Part shown: positions 28,437-39,519 of the stretch, piece after piece
Layout: each line of letters opens with the position of its first letter
How positions within the stretch are numbered: position 1 is the first letter of the stretch
Origin: an uncultured virus (IMG/VR IMGVR_UViG_3300028591_000116)
Taxonomy: Duplodnaviria; Heunggongvirae; Uroviricota; Caudoviricetes
Strand: one strand, 5' to 3'
DNA: 63,502 nt
Virus record (IMG/VR): IMGVR_UViG_3300028591_000116
Program-made: the position numbers and the translations under genes
Notes under the pieces: generated by a model
Databases searched by the model: none
The model's input: the letters and a program-made list of their open reading frames with translations, nothing else
What the model was told of the DNA's origin: nothing

Positions 28437-30176
28437 TTACAAGATGAATTCAACGAAGAATCTTAATACCTGTTGACGGATAAGATCATCGTTTCTAGGA
28501 ATAATCTGACCAGTAAGATTACTGTCTGGAAGATTATAACTGAATTCATTTGATGTCAAGAATGAAATTCTAGAGCTGATAAAGTTATTTTTCTTATCAA
28601 TAATATTCTTGATATTACTATATTTGTTATTGATAATATACTGATATAACGGATCTGCTACCAGCTGCTGGTTAAAGATTCTTGATTCTTTCTTAGCAAT
28701 GTAGTGGCGGTTCTTAATACCAGAAATATAATAGCTTAATTCACGAAGGCCAGAAGCTTCAAGACGTTTACAAATCATCAACATGAGACGAATGTAATTT
28801 TCCTGATTCAAACCATAGAGATTTTCAGTTCCACCGAAAGCAGACAAACAGCTACTGAAGATAGCAAATGTCTGGAATTTATGGAAGTGAATATTCTTCA
28901 TATAATATTCAACGTCTTCAGGATTAATAACAACACCACTTCGTTCAATAATTTTATTAACTGTATCTGTTGTGAAGGTGTGTCTAATCAATACTCCAAA
29001 TGCATCATGTTTAGCGTTCATAGCATCAAACATATCAGATTCTGATACTACTGCATTATCATTATCATCTGAAGCATTATCAATTTCAGAAATCTGATTG
29101 ATGTTATAGAGATCTTTCTTACGTAAAGTGTAATCCAACACAGACTTACGTGTAACAGTTGCAAACATGTTGATTACATTACCATTAAAAGATACTTCAG
29201 GAATGATATCAACGATAAGTTTACTTACAATCTGCTCTGTAGTAATTTTAGGGTTTACACCAAAGTGAGCCTGACGTTCCCACATAGTTTCATCAGACTT
29301 AATTGTATCAAATACTTTAGTCTGAACGAAATCGTATACCTTCTGATAAACATCGGCAGGTCTATCGTTTGCAGATATAGGAACAATTCCTGGACCATAT
29401 GATTCTGCTATAGGGAACAAAGCAGTAAATACTTCAGTAAGAAGAACTTTTGCATCTGCTTCAAAATGTGTCTTAAGATATTCAATACACAATGGAGCAA
29501 CGAAATGTGTCATTCTTGATACAATATAAAGTACCTTAATATGATAATCCAAGAATGTAATACTATCAATGAAGTTGTCTTTATTTTCTTTATACTTAAT
29601 GTCGCCAGTTTCTACATAGTTTTCATTAATGAGTTTACGGATCTCATTAATTATTTCTACGTCAAACAAGTTAACAATAGAAGATACAAACTGTTTTACG
29701 TTTCCCTGCTGGAAATTATCATTATCAAGATCACGTTTCATACAGTAATATCTATAAAGGAAATTTTGAGCAGCTTTCTTATTCTGATTAAGTATAACGT
29801 TCATTGTGTGACAGAATACATGCGAAAGTTTGCGGTAAGCTTTCTTCTTATTACAGCTTACACTAAAGTTTTCATAATCTTCAGATTCTTTTCCGAAGAA
29901 TTTACTAAACTTAATATTCATGATGCTTTCTGTTGAACCGAGAAGTGTGCAATATCTAAATCCTTTCCAATCAGGTTCTTCACTATACAGATAGTCTTCC
30001 ATAAAATCTCCGTCAGGAAGACCATCATCAGTATCTAATTCCTTAGTTTTCTTTTTAGATTTTTCTTCAGAAGAACCGTCGTCATCGTCCTCAATATCAT
30101 TTGATCCTTCTGTTATTTCTAAAGCTTCATTTACCATCTCTTCAATGTCAAACTCTGTGTCTGATTTTTTAGCCAT
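28437..30176 (-). CDS. Hypothetical protein (579 aa, acidic N-terminus)
   Basis: AGGAG RBS; TTATATATT upstream motif; no catalytic motif recognised. Confidence 0.75.
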   Translation of the reverse strand: MAKKSDTEFDIEEMVNEALEITEGSNDIEDDDDGSSEEKSKKKTKELDTDDGLPDGDFMEDYLYSEEPDWKGFRYCTLLGSTESIMNIKFSKFFGKESEDYENFSVSCNKKKAYRKLSHVFCHTMNVILNQNKKAAQNFLYRYYCMKRDLDNDNFQQGNVKQFVSSIVNLFDVEIINEIRKLINENYVETGDIKYKENKDNFIDSITFLDYHIKVLYIVSRMTHFVAPLCIEYLKTHFEADAKVLLTEVFTALFPIAESYGPGIVPISANDRPADVYQKVYDFVQTKVFDTIKSDETMWERQAHFGVNPKITTEQIVSKLIVDIIPEVSFNGNVINMFATVTRKSVLDYTLRKKDLYNINQISEIDNASDDNDNAVVSESDMFDAMNAKHDAFGVLIRHTFTTDTVNKIIERSGVVINPEDVEYYMKNIHFHKFQTFAIFSSCLSAFGGTENLYGLNQENYIRLMLMICKRLEASGLRELSYYISGIKNRHYIAKKESRIFNQQLVADPLYQYIINNKYSNIKNIIDKKNNFISSRISFLTSNEFSYNLPDSNLTGQIIPRNDDLIRQQVLRFFVEFIL

Positions 30177-30319
30177 AAAATATTCTCCTTGTTTATTCTA
30201 TGTAACAATATATAACCTAGATCGTTTTTGCATTTTTATGTTGAACAAATTTTAACAAGAAAAAAATAACCCGCACCAGTATATCTTCAACTGGACTATT
30301 GGGTTATTTAATTTAGAGG

Positions 30320-30550
30320 TTAATTCTTTTCGACTCTTTTGTCTGGATCGAAAGTAACTCTTTTGTTAGGATCGACTTCGATTTCTTTTCCAAAGATAAC
30401 CTTAGTACATGATCCTACCGGGATTGTTGCGACAATTACGTATCCCTGCGAAAGATATTCACTAATCGAACCTCGCTTAATATAACGAATAGATTTTTCA
30501 TTAAAATTAGCATCAGTGTGTTCATACATATCAACTTCAATATATTCCAT
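30320..30550 (-). CDS. Small hypothetical protein
   Basis: AGGAGG RBS; C-terminal DP(N/D)KRV repeat. Confidence 0.7.
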   Translation of the reverse strand: MEYIEVDMYEHTDANFNEKSIRYIKRGSISEYLSQGYVIVATIPVGSCTKVIFGKEIEVDPNKRVTFDPDKRVEKN

Positions 30551-30559
30551 ATTGTCCTC

Positions 30560-30808
30560 CTACATTCCAAGTCCTAAAGACTGTTGCGTAATGAATTTAA
30601 GTTGAGTATCACAGTTGATTTGTACCTGCTTGGTATATTCGCTATTAGCGTTTTGTACCTGCTTGGTATATTCAGTCTGTGCGAACTTATATCTTTCAGT
30701 TACTTCTTCCTGGGTTTTATTATAAGAATCCCAGAACTTTCCCTGATCATCATTGTCGTTAAAAATGACCTCTGACAATCTGCCTTTTTCGTCGTATATT
30801 ACTTTCAT
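30560..30808 (-). CDS. Small hypothetical protein with internal EYTKQVQ duplication
   Basis: GAGGG RBS; paralog of 22910-23170. Confidence 0.7.
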   Translation of the reverse strand: MKVIYDEKGRLSEVIFNDNDDQGKFWDSYNKTQEEVTERYKFAQTEYTKQVQNANSEYTKQVQINCDTQLKFITQQSLGLGM

Positions 30809-30831
30809 AATACCCTCTATCTCTATGGCAC

Positions 30832-30906
30832 AGCTATAATATTTAAAGAGTTATCTCTACTATACCATATAGATAATATGAACGTCAAGTATTATATAGA
30901 ATAAAA
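30832..30906 (-). promoter_or_regulatory. Duplicated promoter/leader (copy B): TTGACG-TTCATATTAT...TATAGT
   Basis: Matches 23190-23264; ends immediately before the right anchor of cassette 4. Confidence 0.7.
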
Positions 30907-30907
30907 T

Positions 30908-31261
30908 CCACTACAACCACCGTCAGTTTCCCCGTTCCACGCTTTAGACGCACAACTACCACAATCGCTTAGACAATCTCCAGAACTACCACATTTAACT
31001 CTACACCAAGTGTGACATGATGACGAACAAGATGCTCCACTACCACATCCAGAAGCACAATGTCCCCAACACGAACCGGAACACAAAGGTTTAAAAATAC
31101 AAGCAGAAGTGCACGTGTCGGACGAACAACCGCTTCTCGATCCAGAAGGGACTTTACACGTGCCACCATAGCAATTTATAGCACAGTTAGATCCACAATT
31201 TCCATTCCAACCTAATGTATCGCCGACACAACCACTTGTACATGCATTTACACAACTTCCT
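30908..31261 (-). other. Cys-rich cassette 4 (GSCVNACTSGC...ETDGGCSG), the longest
   Basis: Both anchors; 354 bp, stop-free; last 156 bp identical to cassette 5. Confidence 0.85.
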
Positions 31262-31332
31262 GAAATAGTACATTTTCGACATTTAAATGACTTAAATGTT
31301 AAATTTCCCTCTATATAAAGCGAGGTTATTAT

Positions 31333-34300
31333 ATGGCATCTAATAAAAACTCCGAAATGGATAAATATATAGACAATGGTGAAACAGTAGATGAATCAAC
31401 AAAAGTCTATGATAAAAGCGTCGCGCAAAAAGGAAAATCGAAATGGTCTATAGGATCTGCTGTTAAAGGATTTGTTGGAGACTTAAAAGAAGCATATTAT
31501 GATATTAAAGGAGTCTACTCGGACTTCCAAAAAAAAGCAGCAGATTTATCTAAAAAAGCTAATCTAGACGGTCTTTTAAAGAAATTAGGATTAGGCGATT
31601 CTAAATTATTAAAATATCTTTCTAGTAAATTCGGTTTAAAATCAGGTCTTTTTGACTCTTGGGCATCAGATTTATTGAATGCTGGAATGTCGTTTATTGG
31701 CACTATGTTTGGTGATTTAGGAAACGGTGTTCTTCAAAGTCTTTACACTAAATTAAACAACGCTAATACTTTTGACGTTGTTATCTTAAATAGCGTAGTG
31801 AAACCTTTACGATATACTGGTGCTAATCCTAACTATAAAAATACTTTACTTAGGTGTTGTTTGGAATCAGATATGCCACAATGTTTGGAATACTTAGACG
31901 GTTACAACGGAACTAAATATCTCCATACTAACAATATGTGGAAACGCGGCACTTATGCTGCTAAACACGGTAGCTTTAAAACTGCTAAATATGTCTGTAA
32001 TCAGTTGAACGAAGAACTAAAGAAATACGACAACAACACTGCTACCGGTAATGAAGATACAGCATATTGGTATAAACTCAAAATGATTGATATAACTAAA
32101 ACCGTTTTGGTTTACGGTTATAGTAACTTGACTACCGATATGTGGAACGATTACACTAATGTCAACCAAGATCTTCTTAGAAATTACTCTTATTATGGCG
32201 ATAATGATGTAACGTTTAATAAAAAATTCAAATTCACTAACAGTGATATTAACGTTATGGCCAAAATAGTAAATGTAAATAAATTTGGTACTGATGAGAA
32301 TAACAAGAATCAGTCTAAATTTACTGGTGGTTGGATGGATCCTGGTGCTGGTGTAACTATAGACGTATCAAACATTTCTCATCAAGTGAAATACATTGAT
32401 CCTAGAAACGGCTGTATTAAACAATTATACGTTGTTATGGCAAACGATGTTACTTCAGATGATCGAAGATTGGTAAATCAGGAATTGCACACTAGACTTA
32501 AATATCCCACACTTGATATGCTATCTAAATCTACTTCTAAGATGATCGATACTATGCTGAAAAGCAAAACATACAATGATCTTAGATACTTGATTGATAC
32601 TAATGGTGATAAAAACGGAGAAGGGTTCGTTGCTGGTTTAATTCATAACTCATTAAAAGAATTGCAGCGCGTAAAAGCTCTTAGAACCATAGATGATATC
32701 TACCGTGCTCGTACAACAGTTAATAATCCGGCATCTGATATTGGTGATTTCAACCCGTACGTTGCACCAACAGATAACAATAACACTACTACATCTATCA
32801 GTACATCAACTAATGTTACTCAAAGTGAAGAAGAACAAGAAATAGAAAATATTATCGAAAACAATATCGTAGACGATCAAGCAGCTAAAGATATCGGACT
32901 CACATCTAACGACTTTCGAATCATAAATGTTACAGGAATGTCTCCTGAAGATCAAACTTCTGCTGTTACTTCTATACTTGGAGCTAGCACTGAATTCACT
33001 TTAGCTGATACTAAAACTCTTAAGCGATATAGTGATACTACAAATGCATATGATATAGAGCATACTTATTTATTGTACTGTAAGAATACTCGAGCTTACG
33101 CTAGTACAGTAAGTACTAACAAAGAACGCATATTCAAACAATTAGTTGCTATGAATATGCTGAAGGAGTATTCTTCTAAATACAGTATAGAAGCTCTTAA
33201 ATCTTGGTATGGAGAAACCACTAAAGAACCGGTGTATGAAAGAGATACCAGCGGTAATATAGTTTACGACGCAAGCGGTAACCCTAATACTTTAGGTTAT
33301 ATTTCAACTAATACCCCTGATTCAATAATAAAGGAATTCCTTGATAAATTCAAAAATATTGCTAAATCGATAAAGAAATATTATTCCGATAAAGCTGGAA
33401 ACATAAAATACACTATCACTTTTGATAATCAAGGAATAGGACAAACTCCTGATCCTATCAGAGATATATCTCCTTACTCTACTGTGCCTGCTGATTATGA
33501 ACCAATTACATTAACAGACAGTAGTAAGAAATATGTATTTTTAGGTTGGGCTGAATCTTTTGATTCTGAAACTATCTTCGACTTTGCTAATTCATACATA
33601 TCCAAAGATATCACACTTTATGCTCTTTGGGAAGAAGCAGACAACTATATCTTGGAAGCTAAACTTTTAAGAGAAAATAACTCTACTCTTGAAGAAACCG
33701 TTTATGCTACTATAGACCATTCCACAAAGAGTGTCTACTTCCCAATAAAGACAAAAGAAAAGACTTCTGGAAGTTATATAATCGATCTCACTATCTCAAA
33801 AGGTGCCACAAGTACTATTGTATCAGGTTCTACAGTGTTCTTGTCAGTAGACGGCAATCAGACAGTTGTGGTAACTGATATTTATGGAGAACGATACAAT
33901 TATTCTCTCAAACTTGTAGAAGTTCCAGACGATGCTAAACGCATAGCTTATATAACTAAAGAAGGTGTAATCGCTGGATTAGGTAACAACAAACTGTACT
34001 TAGAAGCATCTAGTCAAGACATCGATCTCTCAAGTTTGACTTGCTCTAGAATAGGATTTAACTTTACTGGTTGGTCATTAATGTCTGACAATACAGGCAA
34101 AATAGAATCTGTATCTTACGAATCTGTTGGTAGTTTCACTAAAATTTATCCTAAGTTAGTTGAAAACGAATACATTATTACTTACAACGATAAACTTGGA
34201 TCTACTTTCTCAGGTAAACATGAAGCTAATTATCCTACAAAGTTCACATATAAAAAAGGTGCGAAGCTTGATACTCCTGAAAAAACAGGTTATTACTTCT

Positions 34301-36078
34301 TAGGATATTATTCAGATCCTGCATGTAGTGGCTCTTCTATATTACGAAATATTCCTAAGTTCTATGGACAGAGCAATATAACTGTTTATGCTTCTTGGGT
34401 TGACCAGACACTATACGATATTCAAAACAATGGAATATCAGTAGACGGTTATGCTATAAACATAAACGATATCACGTTCTATACAAGATTTATTACAGAA
34501 TCTGGAGAACAATGGGCAGTAACAAATACAGGTTTAGCTAGATATTCTTCTGCTGGCGATAAGATCTCACAGGCTAGAGTTGCTAAAAACAACACTCCTC
34601 TTGGAATAGCATTTGTTTCTAATGCTAACATTTTCCTTTGTGTGGCTAAAACTGCTGGTGGAAAAATCAATCTGTATTATTCAAAAGACAGGGGATTAAC
34701 TTGGACTTTCGCGATGGAAGTTACAGAGTTTAATATTCAGTTCTTTGTGGGTACAGGTTTCGAAACGCTTGAACAATTGTCTTTCTTCTTAAGAGTATTG
34801 TATAATGGTATTCTTTTTGAATTGAAAAACAATAAACTTTATGCCAACGATAATTTGTTCTTAGATTTCAATACAGTTACTGCTCTTAATGGTAAAACTG
34901 TATCTGGTATATCAGTTACATTGGACGGCGCTTTCTACTTACTAATTGTAGGTGTGGGAGTATTCAAACTCACATTCAACAACTATTATTTCGATATAGG
35001 AGTCGCTGATAATCCTAGTAATCCTGATCCTGAAACTCAAGAAACCTACGTTGTTCCTCCAGAACCAGAAAATGTTTCATTCGAATTAGTCAGCAAATGG
35101 AAAGATACTGATAATTATTCATTGGATACATCTTCTGTTGGATCTGCATACAATAACGTTAATACATCATCTTTCAGTTCTGAACTCAATGACGACTTTG
35201 ATATTGATGATCCTGAGATTATTGCTAACATTCTTAGGAACAACGCCGATACACACGTGGTCATTCGTACATTCCGAAATGCAGGAACTCTGTCTTACGT
35301 CGTATCATCTGATGGTAAAACTGTTCCTGTGTATGGACCTAATGATCCTGGTGATTGGTTCTGGGAAGTTAACGAAGAAACAATAAATGATGATCTTAAA
35401 CCGCCAGTATTATGGTTGTCTGGATATAACAATAAAGGAAAATATATTCCTGATATTACTAATCCGGTAGAAGAGGTTACTCTTGAAAGAAAAGACAAAC
35501 CTATAATACGAGAAGTTACAGTTAAATCAGGCAATTTATATGATTATCATGAAGAAATCATTACTCCTGATAACTGGAAATATTATATCGGTTGGAATAA
35601 GAAGGTCGATGGTGATGTAAACGGTTTGAAACTTACCCAAGAATACATGAACACTTATTGGAATCAGCCTAACAAGCAAAAAGAAACTTGGATGGTTAAG
35701 ATCGATAAGTACGAAATGATTAACGATGACGAAGGCAAACCTCTATATCATAAGCGATTCGACGAAGCATATCAAGATGATGAAAAATTAAAAATAGTTC
35801 CTTCTGAGGATTACAATAATTACCAAACAACAAACTATGGTAATGAAGATGATAAACGTACAGCATACTACAATATGATTAAGAATGAACAGAAGAATAC
35901 TGCTGATGCTTACAAATCAAAGTATACTGTAACTCAAAACGCAAACGGAACTACTCGCTATGATGGAATTACTGAAGAATTTTATAAGTATATTACTGGA
36001 GACTGTAAAGACGATGCTGACAAACAAGAAACGATCTACGCAGCAAAACATCCAACAGATCCAGAACCAGGAAATTAG
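31333..36078 (+). CDS. Large virion protein with InlB B-repeat (Listeria-Bacteroides repeat)-like domains
   Basis: YTITFD...YVFLGW...DITLYALW and TPEKTGYYFLGYY...NITVYASW repeats; YYSKDRGLTW Asp-box-like motif; GAGG RBS; GACA-N6-TG at 31278-31289. Confidence 0.65.
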   Translation: MASNKNSEMDKYIDNGETVDESTKVYDKSVAQKGKSKWSIGSAVKGFVGDLKEAYYDIKGVYSDFQKKAADLSKKANLDGLLKKLGLGDSKLLKYLSSKFGLKSGLFDSWASDLLNAGMSFIGTMFGDLGNGVLQSLYTKLNNANTFDVVILNSVVKPLRYTGANPNYKNTLLRCCLESDMPQCLEYLDGYNGTKYLHTNNMWKRGTYAAKHGSFKTAKYVCNQLNEELKKYDNNTATGNEDTAYWYKLKMIDITKTVLVYGYSNLTTDMWNDYTNVNQDLLRNYSYYGDNDVTFNKKFKFTNSDINVMAKIVNVNKFGTDENNKNQSKFTGGWMDPGAGVTIDVSNISHQVKYIDPRNGCIKQLYVVMANDVTSDDRRLVNQELHTRLKYPTLDMLSKSTSKMIDTMLKSKTYNDLRYLIDTNGDKNGEGFVAGLIHNSLKELQRVKALRTIDDIYRARTTVNNPASDIGDFNPYVAPTDNNNTTTSISTSTNVTQSEEEQEIENIIENNIVDDQAAKDIGLTSNDFRIINVTGMSPEDQTSAVTSILGASTEFTLADTKTLKRYSDTTNAYDIEHTYLLYCKNTRAYASTVSTNKERIFKQLVAMNMLKEYSSKYSIEALKSWYGETTKEPVYERDTSGNIVYDASGNPNTLGYISTNTPDSIIKEFLDKFKNIAKSIKKYYSDKAGNIKYTITFDNQGIGQTPDPIRDISPYSTVPADYEPITLTDSSKKYVFLGWAESFDSETIFDFANSYISKDITLYALWEEADNYILEAKLLRENNSTLEETVYATIDHSTKSVYFPIKTKEKTSGSYIIDLTISKGATSTIVSGSTVFLSVDGNQTVVVTDIYGERYNYSLKLVEVPDDAKRIAYITKEGVIAGLGNNKLYLEASSQDIDLSSLTCSRIGFNFTGWSLMSDNTGKIESVSYESVGSFTKIYPKLVENEYIITYNDKLGSTFSGKHEANYPTKFTYKKGAKLDTPEKTGYYFLGYYSDPACSGSSILRNIPKFYGQSNITVYASWVDQTLYDIQNNGISVDGYAININDITFYTRFITESGEQWAVTNTGLARYSSAGDKISQARVAKNNTPLGIAFVSNANIFLCVAKTAGGKINLYYSKDRGLTWTFAMEVTEFNIQFFVGTGFETLEQLSFFLRVLYNGILFELKNNKLYANDNLFLDFNTVTALNGKTVSGISVTLDGAFYLLIVGVGVFKLTFNNYYFDIGVADNPSNPDPETQETYVVPPEPENVSFELVSKWKDTDNYSLDTSSVGSAYNNVNTSSFSSELNDDFDIDDPEIIANILRNNADTHVVIRTFRNAGTLSYVVSSDGKTVPVYGPNDPGDWFWEVNEETINDDLKPPVLWLSGYNNKGKYIPDITNPVEEVTLERKDKPIIREVTVKSGNLYDYHEEIITPDNWKYYIGWNKKVDGDVNGLKLTQEYMNTYWNQPNKQKETWMVKIDKYEMINDDEGKPLYHKRFDEAYQDDEKLKIVPSEDYNNYQTTNYGNEDDKRTAYYNMIKNEQKNTADAYKSKYTVTQNANGTTRYDGITEEFYKYITGDCKDDADKQETIYAAKHPTDPEPGN

Positions 36079-36121
36079 AAACGAAGTAGTGGATTCTTCT
36101 AATGGAGAAGAGGAGAAAAAA

Positions 36122-36844
36122 GTGGAAAAGAAAATTCATTATACACATAATAATTCTACGGATTATTATAAACAAACTAATAATGAACGAGATCCTATGA
36201 TCACTTGCTTTAACACTTCTATGATAAACGTAGGTCTCGATATCATGAAAATTAACCCGCCTACTGGAAAAGATAAAACCGGCGGTTATACCCAACCAGA
36301 AGATCAGTTTGATTGGTATATGCATAATAGTCCTGAAGTTAAAGCTTGGGTAGATGATTACTGTAAAACTGAATGGGTTGCTGATTATCTTAAAGATGGC
36401 GGAGACATTCGTGAATTATGGGAAGTTGAATGTTACTGTTTTAATAAATGGATTGGCAGAACAGTATGTAGAATCAATTATCACATGACAAAACATGATT
36501 TCATTGAAGAGATTCAAAGAGGTCGTGGTGTTGTAACAACAGGTAAGTTCAGCGGATTTGCCCATGCTGTAAGTGTAGTAGGATTCAAATCTATTATAAC
36601 CAACTACGATCACGACATTTATTTAACAGGGGACAATATTAGTCTTCCAGTAGATAACGACTGTGCTTTTGTTGAAGAGATGATCATAGACGACTCATAT
36701 GGCAACCCACTCAATAAATACAAACCTGTGGGTGTTGGTGGAAATGATGTTCATTTAAATGCAATAGATTTCTTTAAAGCTATAAATAAAGATAGCAAAC
36801 ATGAAACCTATTATGGTATAATTTTCGACAAGATAACAAACTAA
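36122..36844 (+). CDS. Papain-like (C39-like) cysteine peptidase
   Basis: KQTNN...TCFNTS (Gln/Cys), HAVSVVG (His), IIDDSYG (Asp); AGGAG RBS before the GTG at 36122. Confidence 0.65.
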   Translation: MEKKIHYTHNNSTDYYKQTNNERDPMITCFNTSMINVGLDIMKINPPTGKDKTGGYTQPEDQFDWYMHNSPEVKAWVDDYCKTEWVADYLKDGGDIRELWEVECYCFNKWIGRTVCRINYHMTKHDFIEEIQRGRGVVTTGKFSGFAHAVSVVGFKSIITNYDHDIYLTGDNISLPVDNDCAFVEEMIIDDSYGNPLNKYKPVGVGGNDVHLNAIDFFKAINKDSKHETYYGIIFDKITN

Positions 36845-36852
36845 AAAATAAG

Positions 36853-36875
36853 CTCCTCCCTATTATAGGGAGGAG
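36853..36875. terminator. Bidirectional terminator (near-identical copy at 57075-57096)
   Basis: CTCCTCCC-loop-GGGAGGAG with shared flanks AAAATAAG / TCTTTTT. Confidence 0.75.
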
Positions 36876-36880
36876 TCTTT

Positions 36881-37177
36881 TTAAGATATTCCAATAAATA
36901 CCAAATTATTTGGAGTTGTATAGATAAAATCTATCTTACCTTTCTGTACAGCATCTTGGATACATTTATCTACATATTCATCAAAAACCTGCTTATCAGG
37001 CTTAAATGATGAATATCTATAAACAATCTGTTTGCCGTGGCCAGGTTTATAAGCCAATCTTCCAACAGAAACATTAATTCTGTCTTCAGGTGGAACATAA
37101 CCAGGTTGAGATTCTTGTAATTTTCGTTCTGCTTCAACTGCTTCTTTAGGACGACCTTCAAACGATACTACAGCCAT
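36881..37177 (-). CDS. Hypothetical protein
   Basis: Likely start MAVVSFEG after GAGG. Confidence 0.65.
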   Translation of the reverse strand: MAVVSFEGRPKEAVEAERKLQESQPGYVPPEDRINVSVGRLAYKPGHGKQIVYRYSSFKPDKQVFDEYVDKCIQDAVQKGKIDFIYTTPNNLVFIGIS

Positions 37178-37214
37178 AATCTTATTTTTAATCCTCGTAT
37201 ATATTTTTAGAGTT

Positions 37215-37757
37215 TTATTTTTTATTTTCAATAAGAGATTTGTTAACGACAGGAGTCTCATCAGGAGCATTAAGTAATTCGTCGTATTCATCTATATACA
37301 TCTTCCCAAGAATATCACCATTAATAAATCTCATCGCTTCAAAGATATCATCCATTGGAACACTGAGATCTGCTTCAACCACGATAGAATCGCTTCGTAC
37401 AAAGTCACTTCCTTCACAAGGCATGTTACTTACTTTAGCCCCGTAAAGCAGAACTGTTCTGTCGTTTTTAGAATCGTGAAGAACAAGATATCTAGCAAAT
37501 CTAGGGAAGTTAACAATATTAGTTTCAGTCATTTCACGAAGACTACCTGATCTGTTAACCCAAAGATATAATCCGTTGGCAGTAAAAATAGATTTGTTAC
37601 TAGCCGGATCGGAATAAACTCTTCTAACCGTAACATCATATACTCTACCAACGCATTCCAGTGGAGCTCCAAGCTTGGTACCGATTTTTTCTAAACAAAA
37701 CTCTTTGTCTTTTTTAGAAATAATATTTCTTTCAACTAAATCATAGTCAGTTTCCAT
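37215..37757 (-). CDS. Hypothetical protein
   Basis: AGGAG RBS; 180 aa. Confidence 0.7.
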   Translation of the reverse strand: METDYDLVERNIISKKDKEFCLEKIGTKLGAPLECVGRVYDVTVRRVYSDPASNKSIFTANGLYLWVNRSGSLREMTETNIVNFPRFARYLVLHDSKNDRTVLLYGAKVSNMPCEGSDFVRSDSIVVEADLSVPMDDIFEAMRFINGDILGKMYIDEYDELLNAPDETPVVNKSLIENKK

Positions 37758-37846
37758 GTTTTTCTCCTTCTAATATTAGTATTTTACATATTAAAGTTTG
37801 TTAAGATATAAAAAAGAAGTAGGTCTTTGACCTACTTCCCTTTGAT

Positions 37847-38917
37847 TTATTTAGCTCTTTCAGTTTTCTTTTTATCGAATACCTTAAGCTGCTTTGCTAC
37901 TTTAAACAATCCAACACCAGTTGCGATTGCACCGAGACCAATAGCAAAACATTTCAAAGCTTTCTTAACAGCAGTTCCATCATCATCAGATTCATTGAAT
38001 GATTTAATCAAGTTTTCTGCTAAGATACTTGAAATTGAAGTTCCACCAAGAGCAAGGAATACATTCATCATCGCATTCTTATCTTCAGAAGCCTGTTCAT
38101 TAATATCTGCTAAATCAGCTTCATACTGATCTTTTGTTGCGATAATTGCTTTTGATACAAGATATTTTGTCAATGTACCGTATTTACTAACAAATTCGTC
38201 AGCAGAATCGCGTCCATTAAAGATAACCAATCCAGAATTATCTTGAATTAACGGTTCACCTTTAATAGCATTTCGTTTATTGATGATCTTAATATCAGAA
38301 GATACAGTTACTTCATTGTGGTCTCCTTCTGAAGCTCTAGTATTTCTAATAACAGTATTAAGAACAAATACATAATTCACATCCAGAATCTGAGGGTCCA
38401 AATTATACTTCTTAATTGTTTCGTCTTTCTGGTCATCGCTTGCTGGTGGCAATCTTGTGATAGATCCGTTGTTAAGACAGTAGAACTGCTCATCAGCATT
38501 CAATACAGTTACAGCGGTATAAGATGCATTAATAATTGCGGCCATACCTGACGCATGAGCTTTAACAAGTTTGATAGCCGAGTTACCATAGGCTTTGATT
38601 CTAGCGTCTCTTTCAGCTTCGTTAGCAAACAATACACAGTTTGTTTCTTCGATATATGCTGGGTATCCAGGAACAGGAGCTTTGTACCATTTCTGCTGAA
38701 GAGAATTGATTGACATATTTTCAATGTCATAACAGTTTACCTGTATTCCGCCGATTGCTCCCCCTGCAACAGCATTATATTCAGGATACAATGTAAACAA
38801 TGCACCGTTGACATTAATTCCATAGAACGGAGTTGAGCCTACATAATTTTTCATATAAGTTGCATAATTTCCGCTCATAGTATTAAGCCAATTCATAGTA
38901 TTAACATTATTATTCAT
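37847..38917 (-). CDS. Hypothetical protein with C-terminal hydrophobic helices
   Basis: AGGAGG upstream; two hydrophobic segments near the C-terminus. Confidence 0.7.
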   Translation of the reverse strand: MNNNVNTMNWLNTMSGNYATYMKNYVGSTPFYGINVNGALFTLYPEYNAVAGGAIGGIQVNCYDIENMSINSLQQKWYKAPVPGYPAYIEETNCVLFANEAERDARIKAYGNSAIKLVKAHASGMAAIINASYTAVTVLNADEQFYCLNNGSITRLPPASDDQKDETIKKYNLDPQILDVNYVFVLNTVIRNTRASEGDHNEVTVSSDIKIINKRNAIKGEPLIQDNSGLVIFNGRDSADEFVSKYGTLTKYLVSKAIIATKDQYEADLADINEQASEDKNAMMNVFLALGGTSISSILAENLIKSFNESDDDGTAVKKALKCFAIGLGAIATGVGLFKVAKQLKVFDKKKTERAK

Positions 38918-39050
38918 TTATGTTAAAACCTCCTATAAGATTTCCTTATTTTCATCTTTCTTCTAATATATAAGTAAAAAATAATTTAATGTTTCAAAGA
39001 AAAAAGAAAACTACTCATCAATTACGACTTTCGTTTTCTTTTTGCAGATT

Positions 39051-39431
39051 TTAATCTGCTTTAGGAGCTTCAGATGACGCTTCTTTTTCTTCTGCAAGTC
39101 TAGCTGCTTTCTTTGCTGCTAAATGTTTCTTCTGATAAGCTACAACTTCTTTTCCAACGTTATAACTGCGTATCCCTGTCCAAATAGCAGCTACACCAGT
39201 TGTTACACCTGCTGCAACTGTTAATACAGGACCGAAGCCACCATAAGTAGCTTCATTATTTGCAAGCCTAGTTAAACCAGACTTAACAGCTAATACGGCT
39301 GTAGCACCCAAAAGTGCAGATGCTGTTGCCTCACCAATTCCTGTGATAACTGGATTCTTCTTTTCAGAGTCATCCAAGCTCTTGTTAATTGATTCTCCTA
39401 TAGCTCCAAATCCTTCAAAACTGAATGTCAT
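39051..39431 (-). CDS. Small membrane protein
   Basis: GAGGAGG RBS before MTFSFEG; two Ala/Gly-rich hydrophobic helices. Confidence 0.7.
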   Translation of the reverse strand: MTFSFEGFGAIGESINKSLDDSEKKNPVITGIGEATASALLGATAVLAVKSGLTRLANNEATYGGFGPVLTVAAGVTTGVAAIWTGIRSYNVGKEVVAYQKKHLAAKKAARLAEEKEASSEAPKAD

Positions 39432-39519
39432 GACATTCCTCCTCAAATAAATTACTTAGTTAATAGATATACTCTCTACAGTATTATAATATGTATGCCG
39501 GTCGATGTATTGTTTAAAA

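Noticed and set aside
28437..30176. Possible RNA polymerase subunit
   Set aside because: No DxDGD catalytic motif or other recognisable RNAP motif; a sigma-like role would need a structure search.
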